Shown: one piece after another, positions 23,811 to 36,214 of the stretch
Layout: each line of letters begins with the position of its first letter
How positions within the stretch are numbered: position 1 is the first letter of the stretch
Assembly (NCBI GenBank): GCA_002633005.1
Contig: NMRA01000217.1
Location: forward strand, 248,001 to 311,669
Origin: Phoronis australis
Taxonomy: Eukaryota; Animalia; Phoronida
Reading direction: 5' to 3'
Length of the DNA: 63,669 nt
Translations under genes and position numbers: made by a program
Notes under the pieces: generated by a model
What the model saw: only the letters and a program-made list of their open reading frames with translations
Told to the model about the DNA's origin: nothing
Databases searched by the model: none

Positions 23811-26800
23811 GTAAGTTGAGTGACCGTTGATTTTTATTTATACCTTGTAAAGAGGTTCAGACAGGCCAGGAGTGGTGGTAATAACACAACTTTGATGAGT
23901 GCATCTGAGGTGGTCGTGTTACACTCGATATTTCTGAGTGTGGGCACGTGGCATTTTACCTTTACCCATTGTATTTACTGGTGATCTAACGGCTGCAACC
24001 ACGCATCTTCAGAAAGCTTTGGTGGTGTAATTTTATTCCTCCCAGAATTCCCCCGAGTACTACCATGAGATACGGACATGCGCAAAGCGGACCATTCCAC
24101 GGACTTATCTTCTAGAGGAAGACGTGTTTTTCCTTTGGAAGGTTTTTTCGCGCAAGTTACACCGCGACCACGCTCAATTGCATAACTCTTTGCTAATGAG
24201 CATTTTCTTCTTATCAACTATATCATCATCTTGGAAGTTTTGGCCGACCGAGCTCACCGACTCTGTGTGACTCGACGGGCCACACAATGCCCGGTTTTAC
24301 CGGCGCTGAGCATTACGACTCTCTATTGGCCTTATCGTATTTTCAGGCCTACCTGCTTTGGGGCTTCCGTGACTCGACACGGACCATGTGGAGTGGTTGA
24401 TAGTTGTTCTATCCTCGTACGCTTAACTCTTTGCGTATTTAACACTCACATTTGGGCTTTTGGCACAGCGCACATGAGGCTCGCATGACTCATCAGTCAA
24501 GTATTTCTTTGTGTGCCTCACTGTACTGACACGTTACGTCATACCCACGCACAGCTGTACATTGTTTACCACTTTGTACACGCCTTTGACCTTTGCACCG
24601 AATGTGCCCTCTTTGTGCTCGGCACTGTCGACGCCAGCGATCCTGACACTCTTTTGTTCGTCGGTTGCCATCGCTTCCCGGTTACACCCGGGTTTTTCGA
24701 GTTGCACTCGCTGCCCGCTCTAATCCCTGGGAACGCATCTTAGTCATTCACACATTATGCAGCGCGGGTTTTTACAGCCAATCCCGGCGCACTTGTGAGG
24801 TCACGTGCGGAGGTGGTTCGTTCCCACCAATCAGTTTCCACCCTCGGGTATTTAGGCATTTGCTGTTGCAGGCTCGGACATATCGCAGTTTTCGCCTGTT
24901 CGTAGCGCATCAGACAGCACTTCATCATGCCGAAGGACTCCGCCGATAGGAAATCTGGATCAACTTCGATCGAGAAGCCCCCGAAGAAGACATCTTCAAG
25001 TTCAGTTACACTGCCGTCCATCGATTCCCTGACGCGGGCTTCGTCGCCTGACCGTCAGCCGCCGCCGAGTGAACCGTCCACCACCGCCGCTTCAGCCACC
25101 GCCGCCCAGACTCCGGAACCCACTACGGACCGGAGTTTATTCAATCCCCCGACGCTGATGCCGTCTTGGCCGCCCTTCTACGCGCCACCACCCCCACACA
25201 TGGGCGGTTACCATTACTGGCCGCAACCTGTTCCCATGGAGGACTATGCGCACTTCGCTCCCTCCTCCGATTCTGAAGACGAGACAGCTTCCACCTCGCC
25301 ACTTTCTGGAGCGCCTCTCCCCCACAGTGCTGAGCCGCCATTTGTCGGGTTGCTGGCGTCTCATTTGGCGGATCAGTCCGAGGAGCAAGCGCCGCCAGTA
25401 TCGGACGCTGTTGCGTCCCTCGTCAACTCCCTATGGGAGCGGGGTAAGGCTTTCGATATAAAGCAGGCACACGATAACCACCCCCGGCCCGATAACATTA
25501 CAGTCCACAAGACGGACTTGAATGAAGAAATTGCTGACGTGGTGCAAAACCACAAAACTGTGAAATTTAAAGAGGGCCAGTTGAAATCTGCGCAGTCGGC
25601 AATAGCCAGGGCGGCCATTCCCCTGACTAAATTGGTGGACACCCTGATCACCACAGCTCCCAAACATCTAAACGCCAAGGACTTGGTGGACAACACTGTA
25701 GACGCGCTAGGTCTCCTGGGCTATGCTAGCGCGAAGATCAACTCCACTAGACGAGACATTATAAAGCCCCATCTCAACTCAAAGTACCATTCGGCACTCA
25801 ACAAGGCCAGTGCCTCAGACAAGCTCCTGTTTGGAGACCAGTTGAAGTTGCTAGGTTCTCAGTGGAGAAGAACGAACATTGCCCAATTGACAACTCTTGA
25901 CCAATGAGAGACTTGCATGGTGCACAAATCTATATGGCTTCATGTTGCATGGTTGTTATTCATTGGATAATGCAATCAGTTAAATGCGTGTTTTTCCAAA
26001 GGACAATGAAGGCATTTAGTTCTGATCAATAAAATAACGAAGTAGCCTCTTTGCAAATTAACACTAAAAGTTGTAAATTGATGTTTCCATTATGTTTCGT
26101 TTTGCGTAGCTGCCGATGAGGCTGCGGTTGTTGATAAAAGTGGGTCTCGTAGTCGGTCAAGCAGCGAAAGTGAAGCCGAGGGTGAGTCGAAGAGAAGAAA
26201 GAAACGGAAACGCAAGCACAAGAAGGAGAAGAAGAAACGAGAAGACAAGGTGAGTCGCACTGTGATACAGTAAACACTGTTTGCCTGTTGTCTAAAAAAG
26301 AGACTATTATAGTTTTTTACCACCATCAGATTTTTGGGCTGTGTGTACAACATTATGTCAGGTGCCTGATCAAAGGTACTAATCGCTAGACGTTAGATCG
26401 CAAGTACTATTCACTGAAGACTTGGACTTGTTTTGGGCACAGATTGAAACCCACGGAATTGTTTCTTTGGACAGTAAACTTGATACGGTTACGCATGGTG
26501 AAATGAGTAATGGGTATGCACTGAGTAGAACTCGGCACTTCTGTTCAAGTTGACAGTCAAGTGGAAACATTACGTGAAGCGATTAATAGAGTCTAATATT
26601 TACCGCTCTTCTCTTCATTAGCAGAAACGAAAACGTCGTAAGTATGTGGACCACGACCGGGTCGAGGACGACCTACAGGAGTCCTGGCCATCTACCAGTA
26701 GTAACAAGTCACCATACAAGGACCCAAGGGAACCCAGGGACCCTTACGACAGTCCATACAAGAGCCCCCCTGGGCTATATGACAGTCCGTACGACAGTCC

Positions 26801-29800
26801 ACCTGGTCCATATGATAGTCCGTATGACAGGTATGTTGTGTCATCGCTTTAAGCTGTATTCTGTATGTGACGTCTAGGAAGGTCCCCTGTACACCCACCT
26901 GACTCGTATGTGAACTGACTTGTGATAGCGAGGACTTGATGTGACTCTGAAGTGCCAGCGTCTAAATACACCAATAATTCAGAAATACTTTGGTTTGAAA
27001 TAAAGTCTTTCTTAATTGCAGACAGTGTGTCACCAATTTCCATGTTATTGTAGTGGAAAATTTTCAGATGAGTGTCTGTCATGTGAATTTTTATTACTTG
27101 TATGTTCATTTAACTGTCATATAATGATTGCGTTATATTTGGAATTACTATTGGTTTTCTATATGCTCGAATTTGTGTCTAAGTTTATCAGTTGTGTGTT
27201 TTCTTTAAAACTTCAATTTATTTACTAGTTGAGATTCTTTTCAAGATTACACTTGTTCACACAGTTCTCCAGGAAGTCACAAGGTGGCGCTTGCTACAAA
27301 TTTAAATATTTACGGTTTTAATGAGACATAGTATCTTTAATACGAGTCGTTGGTACTTTCTTTTGTCAAAGATCTATGTGGATAAAGTCTTCTTAATCTG
27401 CTGTCCTGTTTTCCTTCACAGTATGGACGAGGGAAATGAACACGCAAGTATGTACAGTCTGATGGATGATGGGTACATCGATATGAGTGTAGCAGCTTCT
27501 GAGAAACATGTGAGTCCATCTATATGTGCTACAGAGGTTATGTTCAGTTCTAGTTGGCTGCGTGCATGTTGGGTAACTGTCGGGTTTTCATCAAATCGTG
27601 ACTCGGACATCCTAACATGCCATGCAGCCAGGAGTTTTCGGATTTTTCTAGTGGTCCAGTGTTTGAAAGATTGTCAGATAAGAATCGTCTCAGTACTAGT
27701 GGATGACAGTTGTTGCATGTCATATTGGTGTCCTATTGCAGTGGAGTTCCTAGTGCTAATAATGTATTGAATGATGCTTCTGATTCTACATGAGGAAGGT
27801 GGGAATGTTCCAATGTTTATAGCTGCTTTGGATGATAGAAAATGTCCAACTTAATTGTAGTCTTGGTTGTTGCTCTCAGGTGAATGTGATAACATATCGC
27901 AGTTGGTGATCAGATAGTTAAATTTTCTTCTGTTGACGAAATTAAACCGGTGGTCCTTGATTTCTATGTGCAGGAGATGTTTGACCGCAAGCAGGGTGGC
28001 CCTCGGGGAAGCCGTGGTGGCAAGTCACAGATGTCACGGCGCAAGCTAGAGAAGAGGCGGCGCTACTTGGATAATAAACGTCAACAAGCCGAGTCTCACC
28101 GACCACAGTGCAAGTTCTACCTGGACGGCAAATGCCAAAAGGTGGGTTCGCTGTGCGTGGCTCTTACATTTTCAGCTGTGTTTACCTTGTTTGTTTAACA
28201 ATGCGATTACGAATAATTAGTGCTAACCCGTGAAGTGACCAGTCAAGGTTGTGCAATTCGGAAGTGGAGTGACGTAAGGGCCAAACGGTGCACCCCCACC
28301 AGTCGACACCTCCTCTTATGCATGTGTTATATAAGATCCTTGGATTTTACATGATACTACAGGTATTCATTGATGGTTTGTTCCAAGTGATTTCAGATTT
28401 ATCAGAAGTAATAGTACTCCTCACGCACGATAACATTGCAGTTGCAGTTTTTCACCTATTTAAAACAATATGGTGGGTTGGTGAAATTTAATTTTTTCAA
28501 ATTTACCAACAAAAATAAAGATAGCGAAAATTCTTAGCTTGGCTTACACTGATGTCACAAAGTAACATTTGCTAAAGTTTATTATCATTTACAGCAAAGT
28601 AATAAGTCTTTGAATAATAAGAATAATGATTTTTTCAGGGTAATGACTGTGGATTCAGTCACGCAGGACAGCCGTCCAAGAAGCCCGAACTGTGCAAGTA
28701 TTACCTTAATGGCTATTGTTCCAAGGCGACTGACTGCCCGTTCTATCACAACGATTTCCCATGCAAATTCTTCCACATGGGCAACAAGTGCTCGCACGGC
28801 AACGATTGTCGATTCTCGCATGACCCACTGACCGAGCAGACGAAGCAACTGCTACAGTCGGCCATCAAGGATAAAGACGAGCTGAATTCTTCAGGGAGGA
28901 AGAACCGTCCGAGCCTGCTGGGCGATGCGCCCGCGCACATGTTGGAGGCTATACAGAAGCAAAAGGCAATCCCGTCGCTGTTTGACATTGATGTGGAAGA
29001 GCCCAAGGAGTTGGAGAGTGATAGCGAAACCGGTGGTACGGCTCCCGTCAGTCCAACCAAGCAGTCTTCTGGGTAAGTGGTCGGCGTATGTCTTGCGCCA
29101 TTGACTATTGTGCGGTTGCATTTTGAGACACGATATGTGAATGGTTTTCTATAGTGAAGGCTAATGCAGCTGGTGTTAGGATATATATTTTTAGATTTGA
29201 TTTGTTGTTTTTAGTTATTCACATTTTGCCTCGAATTGTGTAGATATTTGCATAGCTAAGGATTCGGCACTGATTCCAAGATACTGCAATTTGTGAATTA
29301 GAAATGGGTGTTGAAGCAGCTATAAATTCACCCTCTGTCAACAAAAAAAAATTGATTTAGCCCACTTAAAATTATTAAATTGGTGTCAAATTGTTCCATA
29401 ATGAAATTGGAAGTAATTTCAGTGTTTCCAAGCAACTGGCAGTTTCTGCTCGAGACAAAACTCTAAAAACTGGCTTGTCACACTGTGTCATTTTATGGAA
29501 TCGGCACGGTCTTGAAGAATAATGAACTGCCAGTTCTGTACAAACCATGAAATCACTTCTCATCTGAGCAAGGAACAAAAATTGAGACCAATTTTGTAAC
29601 AATAAGTGAGCTATATCAAATGCTTGCTTAATTGATGGAACATGGGGTTCTAGCTGTTTTAACTGTGGATTGCGCTATTCTCAGAAATTGGATCTTACCT
29701 AACTACTTAGATGTCTTGGTTGTCAAACTTGGTCGCTTGTTATCAGGTGCTGATTTTTTTCAGGGTTCCACCTGCAGGGTTCTACAAGGAGGCCTCCCAG

Positions 29801-32800
29801 GGCCAGCAGTCTCCCCCGGCCAACCCCAGCCCCAACAGGCCAGCCCTGCTACCCACCCCAACCATGCCCTTGAGAGGCCCGCACCCCGGACCTCCGGCTG
29901 GCATGGTTCCGGGTATGGTACCTGGCATGCGTCCGCCACCGCCCATGATGGGCAGGCCCCCAATGCCAGGAATGCATCCCCCACCGCCCATTAGGCACGC
30001 AGGACCCATGGGGGTGCCTGGTGGTCCCATGGGACTGCCACCACCTGGCGTGATGGCACAGAACTTTTACACTAACTTCTTTAACAGTCAGCAGCCACAA
30101 GGTAGGCGTCAGGGCCTGTAATGGTTTCAACATGCTAACTAACTTCTTGATCATTTTTATTACAAGATAAAGCTTGTGCATAAATGTTACAATTCCGATA
30201 GTAGAAGTTTGCAAAAAATAATCTGATCTCAAGTGTTCTACTGAAAGAACTGTTGCTGTCAAAAATTCTGTGATACCTTTGATGATGTTGATTTATGTCC
30301 TGTATGAACAATTCAGTAATAGGTAACTGGTTTTACTTTTTCAGGTGTGGACGGCATGGGAAACCCAGTGGCAGCTGATGTGGAGCAGGGTGCTGAGCAA
30401 CAAGGGGATTTAGATGGGGTAAAGAAGGCCGAATTCGACATCCCCGCTGGTCTGGCCCCCAAACAGAGGGAGCTGCTGCTTCGTATACAAAAGCAGCAGA
30501 GGGAGGCAACTCCCGCTGTCTCATCAACTACAGATGCAGGTGTGTTGAACTTGTTCAGTTTTTGACTAGTTATGCTGTCTGGGTTCTCGGTAAGTCTCCT
30601 CTGTGCAAGAACTTGTAGGAGAGTTGGTTCACCCATCATCAGGCAGAAAGAAGTCATGCGTGTGATCCAGTGTTCTTGTTTTCAACTGGCTGCGAACGTA
30701 AAATGGCACAAAACCAATTAATTTATTAGTCTCTGGGAGAACTCAAATAACTGCCATCGTTGTGACTAAGCAAAATTCCCAGTTCGCAATTTAAAACTAC
30801 AACTTTAGGTCATGTAGGACCTTATCAAGTAGTCTGTGCGTTCAGTCAATTGTATACATAACTTGAAACTAACTCTGTAATGTACACATTTTCTGAAAAT
30901 GGAAAGCCTGTAGACTTTGGTTTTTAATTTTATAGTTATCTTACATACTTGGGTCATGTGACCATGTCTTCAATAAAATGTAACAAAAAAGAAAAGTGAA
31001 CAAAACGATATTAACAGGACCAAATTTTATTTGATATAAATATGTTTAAGGTGAGGTTAAAAAAAAGATATGTTGCAGCGTTCCAAAATATTAATTTTTA
31101 GTTTTATACAATTTTAGATTTTTTCCATGTAAGTGATAAAAGTTCTATTTTTCGACAGCTCTTCGTGCATAAGCGGAACAACATTTTGGAGAACAGTACA
31201 CAAAGCATAGGGTTTAAAAGTGTACTGCGTAACCTTAATGCGAGTGGTTAGTTTTATGTCGGGTGGTCACGTTGTCTTTGTTGTTCTAGCCGAGACAGAA
31301 AACTGGTACTCTAGTGATGAGGAGGAAGAACAGGCGAGTGGCAAGTCACAGAACAGTCTGATGGACATACTGAAGAATATAGCCCAACAGGTAACCACAC
31401 CTGTCACACACAGATTGCCGTGGTTGTATTATGATTCCTTACAGTACACTCGGTTTTTTATTTAATTTTGATCGCAAAATGTAAGGCAATGGTCTGATAT
31501 AACGCGCCTTTATTTTGAGAACCAGTTTGATGTCCTTAATTCGGTGGAGAAAATTGGTTCTCAAAATTAGGCACGTTTTACCAGACCATTACCAAATATA
31601 GTGAACAGTAATTGGAGTTGAGCGTTATATCTGGGCGTCGAAAGTAATCCACAAAATACCGTTTCTCCATCATGGTGGGTCATTCTAGCTATGATGGTGA
31701 GGTCCATGTGCACTCGAGTGTCATGGTAAGGAATTCTGCTTGCTCTCGGCCGATCAGATGTGGAATATCGGGTCGTTTTGTCTGGTTATTTTGGCATGTA
31801 CTGTACAGTGGTGCTCATAGTTCCCCATGCTAAGTGCTTAACTAGTTACCTCTAATACTGAGTACCAGGGTGTTCATTCTGAAGAGCTGTCCTTTTTGGT
31901 CTTCTACTCGACACCAGTTCTTGGACATATTTTCCCAAATGAGGGATTATATAGACTAAGTACATAGGTCAGTTGAACACAACATAGCTTAAAACAATGG
32001 AAATGACCTCAGGTTTCTAGGAATTGTCGGAGACGCGACTACTTTTGCTTCCTTTCCAGGAGAAAAGATTGTGTCCTTCATGCAATCTACACTGTTGCAG
32101 GGATTATTTGTTAGTGTAAATGATCGCAACACCAAATTTCTTTTTCCAGCCGACAGTGCCAAAGCCCACGGCAATCAGCTCCAGCGCTGGGCAGCAGCCA
32201 CCACCCGTGTTCAACATAACTCAGATGTTGACAAGTATTAAGAGCCAGTGAGTAGCCACGCTTGTGTTGTGGTCAGCTTGTTAGGGTCAAAGATAGGACA
32301 GTTTAGGACACGATGTTTCATTTTATCATTTTTTTCCATGAAAGATGTGCAGCTCCAGACTAATTTAAATGATTTTCCATGTTCATGTTTTGTACTATAG
32401 CTACTGCCAGGCAACATTTTGAAAAATTGGGGTAATTCACAAGTGTTGGAAGCTCTTATAAATGAAAGTTCCCCATGGATAGCGTTAGTCGATGGCATAA
32501 ATGTGCAGTGATGAATCCTGACTAACTTTCCCCATGGATAGCGTTAGTCGATGGTGTTCATCTACAAAGGAGAATTGCAGCTAACATTTTCCTTGGCACA
32601 AAACTACATTATAGAATTTTGACGTTAATCAAACAACACATTGGAGTATTCTAACTGACGTTAGTTCGAAGCAAAAAAGCTTTCAATCACATAGTATTAG
32701 TTAGTTTGACCAGTTTCAACTAGTTTTGCATAAGCATTTTGACTAACGTTGAATCACGATTTAATGAAAAACTCATATTATGTGGAATGCCACTTGAAAA

Positions 32801-35800
32801 AATAATTGCCAGTTGAAATAATAACATGTTTATAATGATGGTTAGCTCACTACAGACATCATTGATTATCCATTTTTGATGCTTTATTTTGGGTTAAGTA
32901 AAACTGATCTAGTATTGAGGTGATTCTTCAAAGACGGCCTTGTTGTATGGTCAAGTGTTGAACATAAGGCAGTTTCAAACGAGACCTGCCAGAATTGTGT
33001 AGTGCACTGTCCTACGCTTTAACTATTAAAGCTGTCCTACATGGTGCAATGTCTAGTGAGGTGTGAACCTTCTTTATCAGGTGATTCTACAGTATTCTAT
33101 TATGCCTGTTACAAATAAAATACTATTAAATTGCCTTGTATTTGTCTCTATCTAGAGTGAAACATTGTGGTATTTTCAGCGCATAGAAATGAAGAAAATG
33201 TCATGAATTTGGCTGTTAAGGCACAAATTAGAGCTGTGGAGTTCTATTTCTGCTTGTAACTGAAGAGTGGAAGAGCATGGAGTCACCCTTAGTTGTATAA
33301 CTTTTAAATATCGTTATCTATATTTTTGCATGTATGGTGTAAACGAGGAATTCTGGTTCCATTGAACCATTCTCAGGAAATGTTATGATCTCCTTTTTGC
33401 AGGGGTTCCACTACAAAAGTCGACCCACGCTTGACTCAGAGTTCACCAAACATCGTTAAGCAAGACCCACGATTACCTGATCCCCGCCTCCAGTCGGCAC
33501 AGACCCGTGTTGCAGATCCACGCTTAGCAAAAGCAGTTGAGAAGCCGGCTGCTCAGCCAGTTGTCACATCATCAAGCTCCGACATGGATGAACCTGCTCT
33601 CGTGATCGAAGAGTCCCCAGCCTCACCGGAGGGGCCTAAATCACCGGAGCCAGAGAAAATACTTGTGTACAAGCTTAGGGAGATCTATGTTGCACCACGG
33701 ACATTTGCTCTGCCGGCCAATTACCAAAGTGAAGCGCGTTTCAAGAAAGATCCCCGCATTCAAAAATACTTAAGTCTGCAAGGCAACATCAAAAGTCCTC
33801 CCCCACTATCACCATCTATTCAAAAACAAATGAGTTTCCAAAGACAATCAAGTTCTGGCTCACCAGCAATGTCGCCGAGACTAGACAATCAAAGGACTGA
33901 CTCAAAACTAAGTGGCAGTGAACCAGCAGATGTTCGAAAAAGACCCGTTGATCCCCGTGTTAAACCTTCTGACCCACGACCTCAAGATCCTTTGTTAGCT
34001 GGGTTTACAGTNNNNNNNNNNNNNNNNNNNNNNNNNNNNNNNNNNNNNNNNNNNNNNNGCAATCAGCTCCGGCGCTGGGCAGCAGCCACCACCCGTGTTC
34101 AACATAACTCAGATGTTGACAAGTATTAAGAGCCAGTGAGTAGCCACGCTTGTGTTGTGGTCAGCTTGTTAGGGTCGAAGATAGGACAGTTTAGGACACA
34201 ATGTTTCATTTTATCATTTTTTTCCATGAAAGATGTGCAGCACAAGACTAATTTAATTGATTTTCCATGTTCATGTTTTGTACTATAACTACTGCCAGGC
34301 AACATTTTGAAAAATTGGGGTAATTCACAAGTGTTGGAAGCTCTTATAAATGAAAGTTGACATTTTTGCAATTATTTTTGTCTGAAATTGGTGAGATTTT
34401 ACTATAGTTACTAACGAACAGATGTGTTATAATGATGGTTAGCTCTCTACAGACATCATTGATGATCCATTTTTGATGCTTTATTTTGGGTTAAGTAAAA
34501 CTGATCTAGTATTGAGGTGATTTTTCAAAGACGGCCTTGTTGTATGGTCAAGTGTTGAACATAAGGCAGTTTCAAACGAGACCTGCCAGAATTGTGTAGT
34601 GCACTGTCCTACGCTTTAACTAAGCTGTCCTACATGGTGCAATGTCTAGGGAGGTGTGAACCCTCTTTATCAGGTGATTCTGTGGTATTCTATTCTGCCT
34701 GTTACAAATAAAATACTATTAAATTGCCTTGTATTTGACTCTATCTAGAGTGGAACATTGTGGTATTTTCAGCGCATAGAAGTGAAGAAAATGTCATGAA
34801 TTTGGCTGTTAAGGCACAAATTAGAGCTGTGGAGTTCTATTTCTGCTTGTAACTGAAGAGTGGAAGAGCATGGAATCACCCTTAGTTGTATAACTTTTAA
34901 ATATCGTTATCTATATTGTTGCATGTATGGTGTAACCGATGAATTCTGGTTCTATTGAACCATTCTCAGGAAATGTTATGATCTCCTTTTTGCAGGGGTT
35001 CCACAACAAAAGTCGACCCACGCTTGACTCAGAGTTCACCAAACATCGTTAAGCAAGACCCACGATTACCTGATCCCCGCCTCCAGTCAGCACAGACCCG
35101 TGTTGCAGATCCACGCTTAGCAAAAGCAGTTGAGAAGCCGGCTGCTCAGCCAGTTGTCACATCATCAAGCTCCGACATGGATGAACCTGCTCTCGTGATC
35201 GAAGAGTCCCCAGCCTCACCCGAGGGGCCTAAATCACCGGAGCCAGAGAAAATACTTGTGTACAAGCTTAGGGAGATCTATGTTGCACCACGGACATTTG
35301 CTCTGCCGGCCAATTACCAAAGTGAAGCGCGTTTCAAGAAAGATCCCCGCATTCAAAAATACTTAAGTCTGCAAGGCAACATCAAAAGTCCTCCCCCACT
35401 ATCACCATCTATTCAAAAACAAATGAGTTTCCAAAGACAATCAAGTTCTGGCTCACCAGCAATGTCGCCGAGACTAGACAATCAAAGGACTGACTCAAAA
35501 CTAAGTGGCAGTGAACCAGCAGATGTTCGAAAAAGACCCGTTGATCCCCGTGTTAAACCTTCTGATCCACGACCTCAAGATCCTTTGTTAGCTGGGTTTA
35601 CAGTTCCAAAGCCGCCCGACTTGGAAAAGCCGAGTCTGTCAAAATCAGTGACATCGGCACTGGATATCACTTCGAACAAAACTGTGAATGGATCGGAGCA
35701 AAAAACTGTGAATTACCGAAACGATCCGAGGTTCAAACGCAAATCAAAGGCTTTGACAATTAGTCAGCCAGCCAGCAACTTCCCAGTGAATCTTAGTGAC

Positions 35801-36214
35801 AGGTCGCATCAAAGCGGTGGCGATAGTAAAGCTGCAATGTTGCGCAAAACAAATATGGACTACACGTCACCACTGCAATCTCCACCAGCTGTAGCACCAA
35901 GCGAAGGCTACGACAGACAGAAAAGACCAGGCTCTAAACCTAGTGGTGATAAACTGCAGATCAAAGATCCAAGGAAAGCCATGTTGAACTCTCAGAATGT
36001 GGATCCGAAACCTACCGGATTCACCGATCCCAGACACGTTGCCAAAATGGACATTGACGGATCAAGGTCACCGCAAGTACCAAACCCCGACCAGTACGGA
36101 GATGGCAACCCCGGTGATCACGTGATACTATCAGTGCCACCTGAAGGCAGTCAGACAGCCAATCTTAAGGAAATGTTCAAGTCGTTTGACCCGACTGCGT
36201 CCCCCTTCTGTTGA
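23621..36214 (+). CDS. ZC3H4: Zinc finger CCCH protein ZC3H4/ZC3H6 (Suppressor of sable / Restrictor subunit), about 1059 aa
   Basis: Exons 23621-23810, 26110-26249, 26622-26830, 27422-27509, 27974-28141, 28639-29072, 29764-30101, 30345-30539, 31290-31390, 32150-32247, 34996-36214 (other copy 33403-34011) splice in phase. EDGEI x2 N-terminus, basic tract, three CCCH fingers, NWYSSDEE, ten DPR motifs in last exon, family C-terminus FKSFDPTASPFC. Confidence 0.95.
24030..25850 (+). mobile_element. 3'-truncated DIRS/Ngaro-like (tyrosine-recombinase) retrotransposon in ZC3H4 intron
   Basis: GC-rich block in AT-rich intron, long leader, intronless ORF with DIRS ORF1-like ending; no RT/RNaseH/YR present; family call from motif recognition only, boundaries approximate. 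Confidence 0.65.
24927..25907 (+). CDS. Gag-like ORF1 of DIRS-like element (326 aa, last about 18 codons read into host intron)
   Basis: Pro/Ser-rich N-terminus, HPRPDN, RRDIIKPHLNSKY...LLFGDQL as in DIRS ORF1 proteins. Confidence 0.65.
   Translation: MPKDSADRKSGSTSIEKPPKKTSSSSVTLPSIDSLTRASSPDRQPPPSEPSTTAASATAAQTPEPTTDRSLFNPPTLMPSWPPFYAPPPPHMGGYHYWPQPVPMEDYAHFAPSSDSEDETASTSPLSGAPLPHSAEPPFVGLLASHLADQSEEQAPPVSDAVASLVNSLWERGKAFDIKQAHDNHPRPDNITVHKTDLNEEIADVVQNHKTVKFKEGQLKSAQSAIARAAIPLTKLVDTLITTAPKHLNAKDLVDNTVDALGLLGYASAKINSTRRDIIKPHLNSKYHSALNKASASDKLLFGDQLKLLGSQWRRTNIAQLTTLDQ
26110..26249 (+). CDS. ZC3H4: ZC3H4 exon, Ser/basic tract (KRRKKRKRKHKKEKKKREDK)
   Basis: Phase 1-0, cgtag|...|gtgagt. 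Confidence 0.9.
26622..26830 (+). CDS. ZC3H4: ZC3H4 exon with YDSP repeats; NAGNAG acceptor (26622 or 26625)
   Basis: tag|cag| tandem acceptor, donor AG|gtatgt. Confidence 0.88.
27422..27509 (+). CDS. ZC3H4: ZC3H4 exon (MDEGNEHASMYSLMDDGYIDMSVAASEKH)
   Basis: Phase 2-0 exon needed to restore frame; good splice sites. Confidence 0.8.
27974..28141 (+). CDS. ZC3H4: ZC3H4 exon, start of CCCH finger 1 (CKFYLDGKCQK)
   Basis: Finger split by intron; 168 nt. Confidence 0.93.
28639..29072 (+). CDS. ZC3H4: ZC3H4 exon, CCCH fingers 1-3 (KKPELCKYY...DFPCKFFH...CRFSHDPL)
   Basis: ZC3H4/6/8-type triple finger spacing. Confidence 0.96.
29764..30101 (+). CDS. ZC3H4: ZC3H4 Pro/Gly/Met-rich exon
   Basis: Phase 2-1; ends NFYTNFF motif region. 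Confidence 0.9.
30345..30539 (+). CDS. ZC3H4: ZC3H4 exon (IPAGLAPKQRELLLRIQKQQ)
   Basis: Family LPxxQRxLFxRIQQ-like motif; phase 1-1. Confidence 0.92.
31290..31390 (+). CDS. ZC3H4: ZC3H4 exon (ENWYSSDEEE...ILKNIAQQ)
   Basis: Family WYSSDE motif. Confidence 0.93.
31488..31590. repeat. Imperfect inverted repeat, about 40 bp arms (small MITE family)
   Basis: Core ATTTTGAGAACCAGTTT / AAAYTGGTTCTCAAAAT also at 62241-62296. Confidence 0.7.
32150..32247 (+). CDS. ZC3H4: ZC3H4 penultimate exon (PTVPKPT...FNITQMLTSIKS)
   Basis: Phase 0-2; partial second copy at 34059-34135. Confidence 0.85.
32170..35604. other. Probable uncollapsed-haplotype duplication (32170-34011 vs 34059-35604)
   Basis: 47-N gap 34012-34058 at the junction. 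Confidence 0.85.
33403..34011 (+). CDS. ZC3H4: ZC3H4 last exon, copy truncated by assembly gap
   Basis: Same peptide as 34996 onwards; ends at N run 34012-34058. Confidence 0.7.
34996..36214 (+). CDS. ZC3H4: ZC3H4 last coding exon, complete (DPR motifs, FDPTASPFC*)
   Basis: Long ORF 35024..36214 extended to acceptor tgcag|34996. Confidence 0.95.

Noticed and set aside
29632-30262. Overlapping and antisense ORFs over the Pro-rich exon (likewise over 24755-25696 and 28585-29121)
   Set aside because: Shadow frames of GC-rich coding sequence
33403-36214. Alternative last exons or tandem paralogue of ZC3H4
   Set aside because: Identical protein and a 47-N gap at the junction; assembly artefact more likely
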